Part shown: positions 1 to 12,321 of the stretch, in pieces
Position numbering within the stretch: position 1 is the first letter of the stretch
How the letters are laid out: each line of letters starts with the position of its first letter
NCBI GenBank assembly: GCA_965219135.1
Contig: CBDCMV010000002.1
Span: 737,092-801,091 of the forward strand
DNA length: 64,000 nucleotides
From: Alphaproteobacteria bacterium
Lineage (GTDB): Bacteria > Pseudomonadota > Alphaproteobacteria > VGEJ01
Reading direction: 5' to 3'
Translations under genes and position numbers: made by a program
Notes under the pieces: generated by a model
The model's input: the letters and a program-made list of their open reading frames with translations, nothing else
Databases searched by the model: none
Told to the model about the DNA's origin: nothing

Positions 1-691
1 ACGCCAAAATGAGGACGCGCGGCACCCGAACGCCGGCGAGCTGCGCGGCCTCGCGGTTGCCACCGGTGGCGTAGAGCTGGACGCCGAAGCTGGTCCTACG
101 GAGCACGAAGAAGAGAAGCGCATAGACGCAGGCGGCGATTATGATCGGCAGCGGAACCGGGCCCACCAGACCCTGCCCGATGACGCGAAAGGAGTCGGGG
201 AAGCCGGCGACCGGCCGCCCCGCGGTAAGCAAGAGCCCGGCGCCGTGCGCGATCCCAAGCGTCGCCAACGTGACCACGAACGAAGGCATCCTGAAGAAGA
301 CGGTGACATAGCCGTTGAAGAGACCCAGCGCGAGCCCCACACAGAGCGCAATCACGATTCCCGCCGACACGGTCATCCCCTCGCGAATGATCATGATGGA
401 GACCACCGAGGCGGTGAGCCCGATCGCCGAGCCGATCGAGAGGTCGATCTCGCCGGCGATGAGAACGACCGTGAACCCGGCGGCGATGATCGAGATCGTC
501 GCCGCCTGCAAGAGCACGTTCAAGAGGTTGTTGGCGGTGAAAAAATAGGGCGACGCAAAACTCAGACCGAGACCGATCACGAACAGGGCGACGAAGATGC
601 TGCCGGCACGCAGGTACTCCGCCGCTCGCGCCCGGCCTGGGGTCCGATCCGACCTGGCCGAATCCCTGAGATCGGTGTCCACGGTTCGCAC
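1..691 (-). CDS. Sugar ABC transporter permease (RbsC/AraH-like, CUT2 family), N-terminal part; the C-terminus lies beyond the window start
   Basis: Reverse-strand translation from a GTG at 689-691 gives VRTVDTDLRDS...FVALFVIGLGLSFASPYFFTANNLLNVLLQAATISIIAAGFTVVLIAGEIDLSIGS...GNREAAQLAGV, a typical polytopic ribose/xylose-type permease. It is not in the ORF track because it has no ATG and runs off the window edge. Confidence 0.7.
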   Translation of the reverse strand, partial: MRTVDTDLRDSARSDRTPGRARAAEYLRAGSIFVALFVIGLGLSFASPYFFTANNLLNVLLQAATISIIAAGFTVVLIAGEIDLSIGSAIGLTASVVSIMIIREGMTVSAGIVIALCVGLALGLFNGYVTVFFRMPSFVVTLATLGIAHGAGLLLTAGRPVAGFPDSFRVIGQGLVGPVPLPIIIAACVYALLFFVLRRTSFGVQLYATGGNREAAQLAGVRVPRVLILA

Positions 692-837
692 TAGCCCGCC
701 CTAATCCAACGCGCCCACATGCGGCGCGGGAGGCTATGCGGGCCCCCGCGCCCGCCGAATGCCACCGTGCCCGTGCGCGGCGGCGCGCCCGCCGGCCCGG
801 ACGATGACCGACCCGGCGAGCGCCTTTCCGTCGCTGG

Positions 838-1839
838 CTAGTTGCAGCCTGCCTTGGCGGCCTCCAACCGCGTCTTGATTTCGCCCGCGATGTTGGCCGG
901 CGGGTCTTCGCGCGATCCGTCGAGGATTCCATTGGCCCAGTCGGTATCCATGCCGATCGTAGGCATGGGCACGAAGTCCGGAACCTCTTCACCCGCGTGC
1001 ACCTTTACGGCGAGGTTCACCATTTCCGCGCCGAGCGCCTGGGAGAACAGCATGACAGTGAAGTCGAGCTCGCCCTCGAGCACGCTGGCCAGCGCCTCGC
1101 ATGTGCCGTTGTGTCCGCCGACGAGGATATCGTCCATTCGACCCGCAGCCCGGACCGCCTGCACCGCCCCCATGGCAACGTCGTCGATGATGCCGTAGAT
1201 GCCCTGAAGGTTGGGGTTCGCGGTGACCATATCGGTGGCCGCGGCGAGCCCCTCCTCGCGCGCGAAGTTCATCGCCGGCGACTGGGCGACGATATTCGTG
1301 ATGCCGTTTTCGGCCAGCCCCTCGGTGAAGCCCTGCGTCAACTCGATGCCCGCGACCGTACTTGGATTTCCCTCTACGTGCGCGACCACGCCGTCCTTGC
1401 CGAGCGTCTTCGACATCCACCTGCCGACCTTGCGGCCATTCTCGGTCCAGTCCGCCGACATGAAGCTCAGGTGCTCGCCGGTCGAGCCGCACGAGAACAC
1501 GCAGATGACCGGGATTCCCGCCTCGTTGGCTTTGACGATTGCCGGACCCACCGCCGCCGCGTCGATGGTGTCGTAGGCGAGCACGTCGACCCCTGCGGCG
1601 ATGTAGTTCTCGACCGCCGCCGCCTGGTCTTCTCCGCTGTACGACCCATTGGTCAGTATCTCGATGCCGCCCAGTTCATCGGCCCGGGCGCGCGCCCCGA
1701 TGTCGAGATCGAGGATCGCCTCGTTGGAAAGCTCAGGCAGCACGAAACCGATTCGGATGTCCTGTGCATGGGCCACCGACCCCAACGCAAGCGTCGCTGC
1801 CATGCCAAACGCAGACAAGAGCTTGTGCTCTACACGCAT
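838..1839 (-). CDS. Periplasmic sugar-binding protein of an ABC transporter (RbsB-like, SBP family 2)
   Basis: C-terminal 333 aa of the merged 556-aa ORF. Signal peptide MRVEHKLLSAFGMAATLALGSVAHAQ, then a LacI/RbsB-type periplasmic binding fold (GFVLPELSNEAILD...VDVLAYD...). GGGAGG SD 8 nt upstream of the ATG at 1839. TAG stop. Confidence 0.85.
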   Translation of the reverse strand: MRVEHKLLSAFGMAATLALGSVAHAQDIRIGFVLPELSNEAILDLDIGARARADELGGIEILTNGSYSGEDQAAAVENYIAAGVDVLAYDTIDAAAVGPAIVKANEAGIPVICVFSCGSTGEHLSFMSADWTENGRKVGRWMSKTLGKDGVVAHVEGNPSTVAGIELTQGFTEGLAENGITNIVAQSPAMNFAREEGLAAATDMVTANPNLQGIYGIIDDVAMGAVQAVRAAGRMDDILVGGHNGTCEALASVLEGELDFTVMLFSQALGAEMVNLAVKVHAGEEVPDFVPMPTIGMDTDWANGILDGSREDPPANIAGEIKTRLEAAKAGCN

Positions 1840-1949
1840 GATGGTCCTCCCTATGTACGCTAGCCTTATCGCCGAGCGCTCGATGGAGCGAAGTGTAGGC
1901 AGGGCCGCGGGGTCGCGCAACCCGGCGCCCGGCAGCCCGCCGTTGTCGC

Positions 1950-3598
<1,649 letters not shown>

Positions 3599-3713
3599 GG
3601 CCCCCTCCCTTGGATGCGACGGCGGCCGCACCTTTTCATGGTCCTGCGCTCGATGTCGAGAGCGCATTCGCCGCGGGCCAGCGCCCCGGCGTGCCCGACC
3701 CCGCTTCGCCGAT

Positions 3714-4346
3714 CTATTTGGTGCCGTAGAGGCGGTCTCCGGCGTCTCCGATACCGGGCACGATGTAGCCGTGGTCGTTGAGCCGCTCGTCCACCGCGGC
3801 GGCGAACAGCGGCACTTCGGGGTGCGCCCCGTGGAAGGCCGCGATGCCCTCGGGCGCGGCCAGCAAGCAAACGAACTTCACCGCGCCGGCGGCGTCCTCC
3901 TTGAGGCGCTGGACCGCGGCCACCGCCGAGTTGCCGGTGGCCAGCATCGGATCGACGACGATCACCTGTCGCTTCTCGAGGTCGGTGGGCACCTTGTAGT
4001 AATACTCCACCGCGACCAGGCTGACCGGATCACGGTAGAGCCCGATATGGCCGACCGGTGCGCTCGGCAGCAGGTCGAGCATGCCATCGAGAATGCCGGT
4101 CCCCGCGCGCAGGATGGAGACGATGCAAAGCTCCTCGCCGCTCAGGACCGGCGCCTTCATCGCGGCGATCGGGGTCTCGATCTCATGCTCGGTTAGCGGC
4201 AGGTCGCGGGTCACCTCGTAGGCCAACAGCAGGCTGATCTCGCGCAGCAACCGCCTGAAGTCGGCGGGCGGGGCGTCCTTGCGGCGCATCAGCGTCAATT
4301 TGTGCTGGACCAGCGGGTGATCGACGATGGTCACGGCTTGCGGCAT
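3714..4346 (-). CDS. upp: Uracil phosphoribosyltransferase
   Basis: 210 aa with the canonical UPRT sequence ([12 protein letters not shown]...[12 protein letters not shown]...[17 protein letters not shown]). TAG stop. Confidence 0.9.
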   Translation of the reverse strand: MPQAVTIVDHPLVQHKLTLMRRKDAPPADFRRLLREISLLLAYEVTRDLPLTEHEIETPIAAMKAPVLSGEELCIVSILRAGTGILDGMLDLLPSAPVGHIGLYRDPVSLVAVEYYYKVPTDLEKRQVIVVDPMLATGNSAVAAVQRLKEDAAGAVKFVCLLAAPEGIAAFHGAHPEVPLFAAAVDERLNDHGYIVPGIGDAGDRLYGTK

Positions 4347-4376
4347 GGAACGATCCTTCCCCGGGCTTGCCTCACA

Positions 4377-5684
4377 CTAGAACACGGTTCCGTCGCTAGC
4401 GACGCGAATGGGTGGCCCGCCCTCCGGTCGGCGCTCAAGGGCGATCCGACGCCCGGCGCGCCAGGTACCGCCCTCCAACACTCGGGCCAACGGAAAGGCG
4501 TGCGCATCAAGCCCCAGACGCTCTCGCACCGCAACCGCCAGCCGGTCCAAAAGAGCCACCGTCAGTGCGCGCCACTCTACGACGACCTCGGAACCCGTGC
4601 CATGTTCCAGCGCCGTGACGGCCTCGTGTTTGGGCCGAAGGACGCCGCTGTCGATCAGTAGTCCGCCGTTTCGGTATTCGGCAAGCCCGGTGAGCGAATC
4701 CAGCCCCGTCACCACCAAGCCGGCCTCGCTCAGCGGCTCCACCAGCGAATAGGTCAACCACTGCGCAAGCTTGTGGAAGGGGACCAGGCCGCGCGTGAGA
4801 CCGTCGCCGCCAATGATCGGGTGCCGCCATACATCGCCCAGATTGGCGCCGGCGATGTCGATCCGACGGGGCCACACCGGACCCAGCGCCTCGTGCACCG
4901 CACCCAGGACGGTCGGCGCCGCAAGTCGGGAATCGCGGGCCTCGCCGGCCAGGTAGTCGAACAGATTGCCGAGCCGCGGCGCGGAGTCTCCGAAAAGACG
5001 GGGCGCGGTTGTCATGGCCTGGCCGAGCCGGCGCAGAAGCCTCGCGCGCTCGGCCAGGCCGACCAACGGATTGTCCTCACCCACCTGAAACGCCGTTCCC
5101 AGCGTTGGCATCTCGATCCGACGCAGCGCCTCGGAATCCGCGCGTAAGCGCGTGTCCGACGCCGACAACGCGCCAGAGGCGTAAAGACGAAGGCTCGCGA
5201 GCGCGAGGCCCTCCGATCGCGCATAGGTTTTACCGGCCTCGCGATAGCGCCACGATTCGCCGGCCCCGGCATCGAGGATTACGCTCACCAGGACGACTTC
5301 GGTGCGAACCCGGGCGATCTCATCGCGCTCGACCTCCGTAAGTCCGGCCGCGATCGTGCCCCAGCGGTCGACGCCGCCGGTGGCGAAATGCCTCCAGCGG
5401 CTGTGGTAAGGGACCTCGAGGTCGGGGTAGGCGGTCTTTACGGTGTCAACGACATAGTCGGCGCAGCTACCCAGGCGCGATTCGTCCAGCGCAAAATGCT
5501 CCAACGCGTCGTGTCCGGCGGTGGCGTACAAATCGCCACAACGTTCGCGCACCGCATCGACCGAGCGCAGCCACGCGATGGCCCCGGCGGCGTCGTGCAA
5601 GTTCGATCCGATTGCCCGTCCAGCGCTAGGCGGCGCCGTCGTAGTAGCCGGCGGCCTTCTTGGCGTCGATTTCCACCCGCGCAT
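4377..5684 (-). CDS. DUF1688-family protein (URC4-like, uracil catabolism-associated). The true start may be the TTG near 5600.
   Basis: 435 aa with the conserved ...VPFHKLAQWLTYSLVEPL... region, co-clustered with a URC1-like cyclohydrolase and upp. Overlaps the URC1-like stop by 26-59 nt depending on start choice. Confidence 0.65.
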   Translation of the reverse strand: MRGWKSTPRRPPATTTAPPSAGRAIGSNLHDAAGAIAWLRSVDAVRERCGDLYATAGHDALEHFALDESRLGSCADYVVDTVKTAYPDLEVPYHSRWRHFATGGVDRWGTIAAGLTEVERDEIARVRTEVVLVSVILDAGAGESWRYREAGKTYARSEGLALASLRLYASGALSASDTRLRADSEALRRIEMPTLGTAFQVGEDNPLVGLAERARLLRRLGQAMTTAPRLFGDSAPRLGNLFDYLAGEARDSRLAAPTVLGAVHEALGPVWPRRIDIAGANLGDVWRHPIIGGDGLTRGLVPFHKLAQWLTYSLVEPLSEAGLVVTGLDSLTGLAEYRNGGLLIDSGVLRPKHEAVTALEHGTGSEVVVEWRALTVALLDRLAVAVRERLGLDAHAFPLARVLEGGTWRAGRRIALERRPEGGPPIRVASDGTVF

Positions 5685-6833
5685 GGGCGGGGACGAGGGC
5701 GTCCGGAATCGGCACCCGCTCGACGATCTCGATGTCCTGGCGGACGATCGCGTCGTGCTTTGAATCGCTCATCGAGACGAAGCGGTCGATGCGGCGAATG
5801 CCGAGCCAGTGCAGGACATCGGGCATCAACTCTTGAAACCGCACGTCCTGAACGCCGGCAATGCACTCGGTGCGCTCGAAGTAGGCCTCGGCGCGATCGC
5901 CGCCAGCCTGTCGCTTGCGCGCGTTATAGACCAGGAACTTGGTCACCTCGCCCAGTGCCCGCCCTTCTTTGCGGTTGTAGACGATCAACCCGGCGCCGCC
6001 CGCCTGCGCCTCGGCAACGCACGCCTCGATACCGTGAACCAAATAGGGGCGGCAGGTGCATATGTCGGAGCCGAATACATCCGAACCGTTGCACTCGTCG
6101 TGGACCCGACAGGTCAGGCGTCGTCCGGGATCGGCGATCGCGGCGACCTCGCCGAAACAGTAAATGGTGATGCCGCCGATTGGCGGCAGGAAGATCTTGA
6201 GATCGGGCCGGGTCACCATTTCGGGGAACATGCCGCCGGTCTCCTCGAACAGCGAGCGGCGCAGGTCGTTCTCTTCGATCGCGCAGCGTCGCGCCACGCC
6301 AGGCAGATACCAGACCGGCTCGATGGCCGCCTTGACGACCCGGGCTTCACCGTTCTCGCCGAGTATTTCGCCGTCGGGCCGAAGCCGTCCGGCGGCGATC
6401 GCCTCCTTGAGTTCGGGCAGATGGATGCGGGCCCGGGCCACCGCGATGGTTGGCGGATGTTCCAACCCTCGGCCAGCCGCTCGCCGAAGACCTCGCTGAC
6501 CAAGTGGCCATAGGGGTCAAGCGAGACGATCTTGTCGACGTCCGCCCATTCGGAATGCGGGCCGATGGCTGCCGCGGGCGCGGTATCGGTGAGATCGGGC
6601 ACGTGCACCCGGTCCAGGCTGCCGGCGGCAACGGCAAGCGCGCGGTAGAGCGCGTAACTGCCGGCATGGGCCCCGATCGCGTTGCGTCGCGCCGGATCGG
6701 TGAGTGAGCCGATGATCGGACCGCGTGCCTCGGGCGTAGCCGCGCCCCACTCCACCGGGGGCGGCTCGTGCGCGCCGGACCGGGGGTGCGAGGTCAGGAC
6801 GATGTGTTTTTGGGGGCTCTTGTGATTGCGCAT
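5626..6833 (-). pseudogene. URC1-like GTP cyclohydrolase II-family protein (N-terminal GTP_CH_N domain plus C-terminal cyclohydrolase II domain), split by a frameshift near 6465-6500
   Basis: C-terminal 279-aa ORF carries the zinc motif CRVHDECNGSDVFGSDICTCRPYL. The N-terminal domain (MRNHKSPQKHIVLTSHP...RNAIGAHAGSYALYRALAVAAG...SEVFGERLAEG) is in the -1 frame upstream (track ORF 6213..6938, start at the ATG at 6833). Confidence 0.65.
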
Positions 6834-6943
6834 GGCGTGCGGCGCCTGGGTTCCCGACCATACAGCGAATCCACCAACCGGTACACCGGACGCCCCGCGC
6901 GCGTGGCGTTGACACCGCCTTTTGCCGGCCCGTAGCATCGCGC

Positions 6944-8419
6944 ATGAATCTCGATTCCAGCGACGAACTCAGGGACCTTCAGGCGTTCGACGACCCCGTG
7001 GCGGCGATCGATCGGGTTACCGAGATCTATGTCGAGGGGCGCGCGCTCCTCAAGGAGCATTTCGACCGCTTTGTCGGCGGAGAGCGGAACGTACCCAAGG
7101 TTGACGCCTGCTATCCCTACCTGCAGCTCAAGGTGGTTTCGGTACCGGCGGGAGGCGCCCGGGGGCCGCTTTCCTACGGCGCCGTCGCCGAACCCGGCGT
7201 CTATGGCACCACGCTCACCGAGCCGGCGCTGTTCCGCAGCTATTACGAGGAACAAGTTCGCCTCCTGATCGGCAGCCACAATGTGCCGGTCCGCGTCGGC
7301 ATCTCGAATCGGCAGATTCCCTTTACCTTCGCCCTGGAGGAATTGACCGCCGACCTCGACGCCGAAGGCGTCGCGCGGCTGCCCGAGGCCTTCCACCTGC
7401 CCGACCTGTCCGAGATCGACGACCGCATCGCCAATGGCGCGCGGCAGAATGGACAGGGCGGCGTCCGCCCGCTCTCGCTCTTTCCCGCCGAGCGCGTGGA
7501 CTATTCGCTATCGCGTCTCCGCCACTACACCGGCACCGCGCCGGACCACTTCCAACGCTTCGTCCTTTTCACCAACTATCAGCGCTACGTCGACGAGTTC
7601 GTCGAGTACGGCCGTGACGCGGTGACCAACGGCGCGGAGTTCCGTGCCTTCGTCGAGCCGGGCAACGCGGTCCGAACCAATGCGCGGCTGACCGACGTGG
7701 CGTCCGGGGGCACGCCGGCCGAGAAACTGCCGCAGATGCCGGCCTATCACTTGGTCAAGGACCGTCACATGGGGGTCAGCCTGATCAACATCGGGATCGG
7801 CCCCTCGAACGCCAAGACCATCACCGACCACGTCGCGGTGCTGCGTCCCCACTGCTGGCTGATGATCGGCCACTGCGGCGGCCTGCGCCGCACCCAGCGG
7901 CTGGGCGATTATGTTCTGGCCCATGCCTACGCGCGGCTCGATCACGTCCTGGACAACGATTTACCGCCCGTGGTTCCCATTCCCGCCATCGCCGAGGTGC
8001 AGGTGACGCTGAGCGACGCGGTCGCGCGAATCACCGGCCTCGAAGGCGCGGAGATGAAGCAGCGCCTGCGCACCGGCACCGTGGTGACCACCGACGACCG
8101 CGACTGGGAGCTTCGCTACGACGAACTCGCTACCTTCTTCAACCAATCGCGCGCCATCGCCATCGACATGGAATCGGCGACCATCGCGACCAACGGCTTT
8201 CGCCTGCGCGTGCCCTACGGCACCCTTCTCTGCGTGTCCGACAAGCCGCTCCACGGCGAGATCAAGCTGCCGGGCATGGCCAACGCGTTCTACCGCGAGC
8301 GGGTAAGCCAGCACCTGAAGATCGGCCTTGCCGCGCTCGACGAGATGCGCGACGACGTCACGCGCCAAGCCCTGCACTCACGCAAGCTCCGAAGTTTCGA
8401 CGAGCCCGCGTTTCGCTGA
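6944..8419 (+). CDS. amn: AMP nucleosidase
   Basis: 491 aa. N-terminal AMN domain plus PNP/UDP phosphorylase fold (GIGPSNAKTITDH...IDMESATIA). Confidence 0.85.
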   Translation: MNLDSSDELRDLQAFDDPVAAIDRVTEIYVEGRALLKEHFDRFVGGERNVPKVDACYPYLQLKVVSVPAGGARGPLSYGAVAEPGVYGTTLTEPALFRSYYEEQVRLLIGSHNVPVRVGISNRQIPFTFALEELTADLDAEGVARLPEAFHLPDLSEIDDRIANGARQNGQGGVRPLSLFPAERVDYSLSRLRHYTGTAPDHFQRFVLFTNYQRYVDEFVEYGRDAVTNGAEFRAFVEPGNAVRTNARLTDVASGGTPAEKLPQMPAYHLVKDRHMGVSLINIGIGPSNAKTITDHVAVLRPHCWLMIGHCGGLRRTQRLGDYVLAHAYARLDHVLDNDLPPVVPIPAIAEVQVTLSDAVARITGLEGAEMKQRLRTGTVVTTDDRDWELRYDELATFFNQSRAIAIDMESATIATNGFRLRVPYGTLLCVSDKPLHGEIKLPGMANAFYRERVSQHLKIGLAALDEMRDDVTRQALHSRKLRSFDEPAFR

Positions 8420-8434
8420 CTCCGGGATCAATCC

Positions 8435-9808
8435 ATGGCCGACACGAGCGAGTTGGCGCACCTGTCCGCGGCCGAACTCGGTCGCCGTCTTACCGCCGGC
8501 GAACTCGATCCCGTGCGCCTTGCCGAGTTCTACCTCGAACGCATCGAGGGTTACGCCGACGATAGCGTGTTCCCGACCGTGACCGCCGAACGCGCCCGCC
8601 GCGAGGCCGGGGCGAGCACCGCGCGCCACCGCGCGGGCCACCCGCTCGGGCCGCTCGACGGCGTGCCCACGGTGTGGAAGGACATCGTCGATGTCGCCGA
8701 CACCGTGACCACGGCGGGCTCCGATTTGTTCCGCGACAATCCGCCCGCGGGAGCCGATGCGCCGGTCGTCGCCAACGCCACCGCCGCCGGCATGGTCAGC
8801 CTCGCCAAGACCACGTTGCCCGAATTCGCATTCTCCGGGCTCGGCCAGAACCCGCATTTTGGAACCCCGCGCAATCCCCACGATCCGACGCGGATGACCG
8901 GCGGCTCGTCGTCGGGCTCGGCGGTGGCGGTGGCGGCGGGCCTCGCGCCCTGTGCGCTGGGCACCGATACCGGCGGCTCGATCCGCATCCCCGCCGCGTT
9001 TTGCGGCATCGTCGGGTTCAAGACCACCGAGCGGCGCATCGACAAGACCGGCGTCGTGCCGCTTTCCCGCACCCTCGATACCCTGGGTCCGCTTGCGCGG
9101 ACGGTCGAGGATTGCGCCCTTCTCGACGCGGTCTATCGTGGCATCGCGCCCTCCGCGATGTCCCCGCCATCGATCGCCGACCTCTCGGTATTGGCGCCGC
9201 CTGCGACAAGCATCGTCATCGCCCAGGCCGAGGACGCGGTGGTCGCCAACTTCGAAGCCGCGCTCGATACGCTGGCCCGCGCCGGGGCTCGCATCGAGCG
9301 CCGGCCCTTCGACATGTTCGAAGCGGTCCATGCCTTGACGCCGAAACGCGGCACCATTCTCGCCGCCGAGTCTTACTATCAGCACAAGGACCGGGTGGAG
9401 GGCGCGGACGCGGCGCGCATCGACCGCCGGGTCATGGCTCGAATCTGGCGCGGCACCGAGATGAGCGCGTGCGACCTGGTCGCCATCGGGGTCGAGCGCG
9501 AGCGGTTGATCGCCGATTTCGAACGCGCCCTCGACGGCGGCCACTTCGTGGCCATGCCGACCGCGCTGATCACCGCGCCTGAGATTGCCGCCATCGAGGC
9601 CGACGATGCGCTCTTTCACGCAACCAACCTGCGGGCGTTGCACAACACGATGATCGGAAATTTCCTGCGCACCTGCGGTCTGGCGCTGCCCTCGGGCCGC
9701 GATTCCGACGGTTTGCCGACCGGCATCCTCTTCACCGGTCCGGCCGGCGCCGACGCCGCGCTGCTGCGCGCCGGCCTCGCCATTCAGCCGGCGCTGGCCG
9801 GCGAGTAG
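8435..9808 (+). CDS. Amidase (amidase-signature family)
   Basis: 457 aa with the [14 protein letters not shown]...[13 protein letters not shown] signature. Confidence 0.85.
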   Translation: MADTSELAHLSAAELGRRLTAGELDPVRLAEFYLERIEGYADDSVFPTVTAERARREAGASTARHRAGHPLGPLDGVPTVWKDIVDVADTVTTAGSDLFRDNPPAGADAPVVANATAAGMVSLAKTTLPEFAFSGLGQNPHFGTPRNPHDPTRMTGGSSSGSAVAVAAGLAPCALGTDTGGSIRIPAAFCGIVGFKTTERRIDKTGVVPLSRTLDTLGPLARTVEDCALLDAVYRGIAPSAMSPPSIADLSVLAPPATSIVIAQAEDAVVANFEAALDTLARAGARIERRPFDMFEAVHALTPKRGTILAAESYYQHKDRVEGADAARIDRRVMARIWRGTEMSACDLVAIGVERERLIADFERALDGGHFVAMPTALITAPEIAAIEADDALFHATNLRALHNTMIGNFLRTCGLALPSGRDSDGLPTGILFTGPAGADAALLRAGLAIQPALAGE

Positions 9809-9810
9809 TC

Positions 9811-10713
9811 GTGCCCGAGCTTCCCGACGTCGCCGTCTATGTCGCGTGTCTGGAGCCCCGCATCCTCGGCCAGGCGTTGAACGGCGTCCGCGTCGGCAAC
9901 CCCTTCCTGGTGCGTACCGTCGAGCCGCCGCTTGCCTCGGCAGCGGGGCGCCGCGTCCTCGGCCTGCGCCGACTCGGCAAGCGCATCGCCATCGGCCTGG
10001 AGGGCGAACTCCACCTCGTCATCCACCTGATGATCGCCGGGCGCCTGCACTGGAAGGATCCAGGCGCGAGCTTGCCCAAGCGGCGTGGCCTGGCCGCATT
10101 CGACTTCCCGGCCGGCACCCTAACCCTAACCGAAGCGGGATCGAAGCGCCGCGCCTCGCTCCACGTGGTCTCCGGCGAGGCGGGGCTTGCCGCCCTCGAT
10201 CCCGGCGGTGTGGAGGTCCTCGACGTGGACCTCGAAACCTTCGCGCGGGTCCTCACCAATCGCAATCACACGCTCAAGCGGGCGCTCACCGATCCCCACC
10301 TCTTCAGCGGCATCGGCAATGCCTACTCGGACGAGATCCTGCACCGCGCCCGCCTCTCGCCGGTGAAGCTCACCGACAGCATGACCGCCGGCGAGATCGG
10401 CCGCCTCCACGGCGCCGTGCGCACCACCTTGACCGAGTGGACCGCGCGTTTGCGCGCCGAGGTCGGCGAGAACTTCCCCGAAAAGGTCACCGCGCTTCGC
10501 CCCGACATGGCCGTGCACGGACGCTACGGCGAGCCCTGCCCGGACTGCGGGTCGGCGGTCCAACGCATTGTCCACGGGGCGCACGAGACCAACTATTGCG
10601 CGCGCTGCCAGACCGGCGGCAAGCTCTTGGCCGACCGGGCGTTGTCGCGGCTGCTCAAAAAGGACTGGCCGCGCACGCTCGAAGAGCTGGAGAAGATGCG
10701 CCCGCCCCCATAG
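9811..10713 (+). CDS. Fpg/Nei-family DNA glycosylase/AP lyase
   Basis: Starts MPELPDV (catalytic Pro2/Glu3), H2TH, and a C-terminal zinc finger CPDCGSAV...CARCQ. Confidence 0.8.
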   Translation: MPELPDVAVYVACLEPRILGQALNGVRVGNPFLVRTVEPPLASAAGRRVLGLRRLGKRIAIGLEGELHLVIHLMIAGRLHWKDPGASLPKRRGLAAFDFPAGTLTLTEAGSKRRASLHVVSGEAGLAALDPGGVEVLDVDLETFARVLTNRNHTLKRALTDPHLFSGIGNAYSDEILHRARLSPVKLTDSMTAGEIGRLHGAVRTTLTEWTARLRAEVGENFPEKVTALRPDMAVHGRYGEPCPDCGSAVQRIVHGAHETNYCARCQTGGKLLADRALSRLLKKDWPRTLEELEKMRPPP

Positions 10714-10763
10714 ACGTCGCGTGCTATGATCGGGGAAATTTGTGCGCTTGCGGGAGGACTCCG

Positions 10764-12284
10764 ATGCCGCCACCTCTGACGATCCGTCTCAACGAGGCCG
10801 ACAACGTCGTCGTCGCCCGCGCCGACCTTCTCGCCGGCGTCGAGATTGACGGCGAATCGGTGAAGTCGAGAGCGCCCATTCCGGCCGGTCACAAAGTGGC
10901 CACCGGTGCCATCGCCGCGGGCGAGCCTGTGCGCAAGTACAACCAGATCATCGGCTTCGCCAGCCAGCCGATCGCGCCCGGCGAGCACGTCCATACCCAT
11001 AACGTCGAGATGAAAGACTTCGACCGCGAGCACGAAATCGGCGTTGACGCCGTCGCCACCGCCCACGTGCCGGAACCGCACCGCGCCAGTTTCGCTGGCA
11101 TCGTGCGCGCCGATGGCCGGGTTGCCACCCGCAACTACATCGGCGTCATCACTACCGTCAATTGCTCGGCCACGGTCGCGCGCCACATCGCCGATCAATT
11201 TCGCGGACCGGCGCTCGATGCCTTCCCCAACGTCGACGGCGTGGTGGCGCTGTGCCACGGCTCCGGCTGCGGCTTGGCCGGCGCCGAGACCGGCGACGCG
11301 ATCGCCCGCACGATCCACGGCTACGCCCGCCACCCCAATTTCGGCGGGGTGCTTCTCCTCGGCCTCGGCTGTGAGGACAACCAGATCAGCAAGATCATCG
11401 ACCGCTACGACATGGAGCCGGGCGAAACGCTGCAGGCGATGACCATCCAAAGTTCCGGCGGCACCAGCGCCACGGTGCGTCAGGGCACCGAATTCATTCG
11501 CGACATGCTGCCGCGGGTGAACGAGGTGCAGCGCGAGCTGGTACCGGCCAGCCACCTTGTGCTCGCCCTGGAATGCGGCGGCTCGGACGGCTACTCCGGA
11601 ATCTCAGCCAACCCAGCCCTGGGCGCGGCGACCGACATCCTGGTGCGCCACGGCGGCACCGCCATCCTCGGCGAGACGCCCGAGATTTATGGCGCCGAGC
11701 ACCTCTTGACCCGGCGCGCGGTAAGCACCGAGGTCGGCGAAAAGCTGACCGGGTTCATCGACTGGTGGGTCGACTACACCGGCCGCAACGGCGGCGAGAT
11801 GAACAACAATCCATCGCCCGGAAACAAAGACGGCGGGCTGACCACGATCCTCGAAAAATCGCTCGGCGCCGCGGCCAAGGGCGGTACCACCAACCTGGTC
11901 GACGTCTACGACTACGCCCAGCTGGTCGAAGCCAATGGCTTCGTGTTCATGAACACGCCGGGCTACGATCCGGTATCGGTCACCGGAATGGTCGCGGGCG
12001 GCGCCAATACGGTCTGCTTCACCACCGGGCGCGGTTCGGTTTTCGGCTGCAAGCCGGTTCCCAGCCTCAAGCTCGCGACCAACAGCGCGGTCTACACCGC
12101 GATGACCGAGGACATGGACATCAACTGTGGCCTGGTGGTGGACGGCGAGGTTACGGTGCCCGAAATGGGTCAGCGCATCTTCGAGACGATTCTCAAGACC
12201 GCTTCCGGCGCCCAAACCAAAAGCGAAGCGCTCGGCTTCGGCGAGGATGAGTTCGCGCCCTGGCACATCGGCGCGGTGATGTAG
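10764..12284 (+). CDS. Altronate/galactarate dehydratase family (UxaA/GarD; SAF N-domain plus D-galactarate dehydratase C-domain)
   Basis: 506 aa from the ATG at 10764 with a GGGAGGA SD. The 812-aa track ORF is an upstream read-through. Confidence 0.8.
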   Translation: MPPPLTIRLNEADNVVVARADLLAGVEIDGESVKSRAPIPAGHKVATGAIAAGEPVRKYNQIIGFASQPIAPGEHVHTHNVEMKDFDREHEIGVDAVATAHVPEPHRASFAGIVRADGRVATRNYIGVITTVNCSATVARHIADQFRGPALDAFPNVDGVVALCHGSGCGLAGAETGDAIARTIHGYARHPNFGGVLLLGLGCEDNQISKIIDRYDMEPGETLQAMTIQSSGGTSATVRQGTEFIRDMLPRVNEVQRELVPASHLVLALECGGSDGYSGISANPALGAATDILVRHGGTAILGETPEIYGAEHLLTRRAVSTEVGEKLTGFIDWWVDYTGRNGGEMNNNPSPGNKDGGLTTILEKSLGAAAKGGTTNLVDVYDYAQLVEANGFVFMNTPGYDPVSVTGMVAGGANTVCFTTGRGSVFGCKPVPSLKLATNSAVYTAMTEDMDINCGLVVDGEVTVPEMGQRIFETILKTASGAQTKSEALGFGEDEFAPWHIGAVM

Positions 12285-12321
12285 CCGGCGGCACTTCGCC
12301 GCTCGGCAGGCCTGACACCCC

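Noticed and set aside
96-992. 298-aa Arg/Pro-rich minus-strand ORF, and many similar ones elsewhere (e.g. 989..1492, 2886..3536, 8378..9643, 10593..11555, 16195..17433, 23430..24035, 48465..49214)
   Set aside because: Composition-driven open frames in 68% GC DNA. They are antisense to or out of frame with genes that have clear homology, and show no domain-like sequence.
9846-12284. 812-aa ORF
   Set aside because: Read-through artefact. The real gene is the 506-aa UxaA/GarD-family dehydratase starting at the ATG at 10764 with a good SD. The upstream part is antisense or out of frame relative to fpg.
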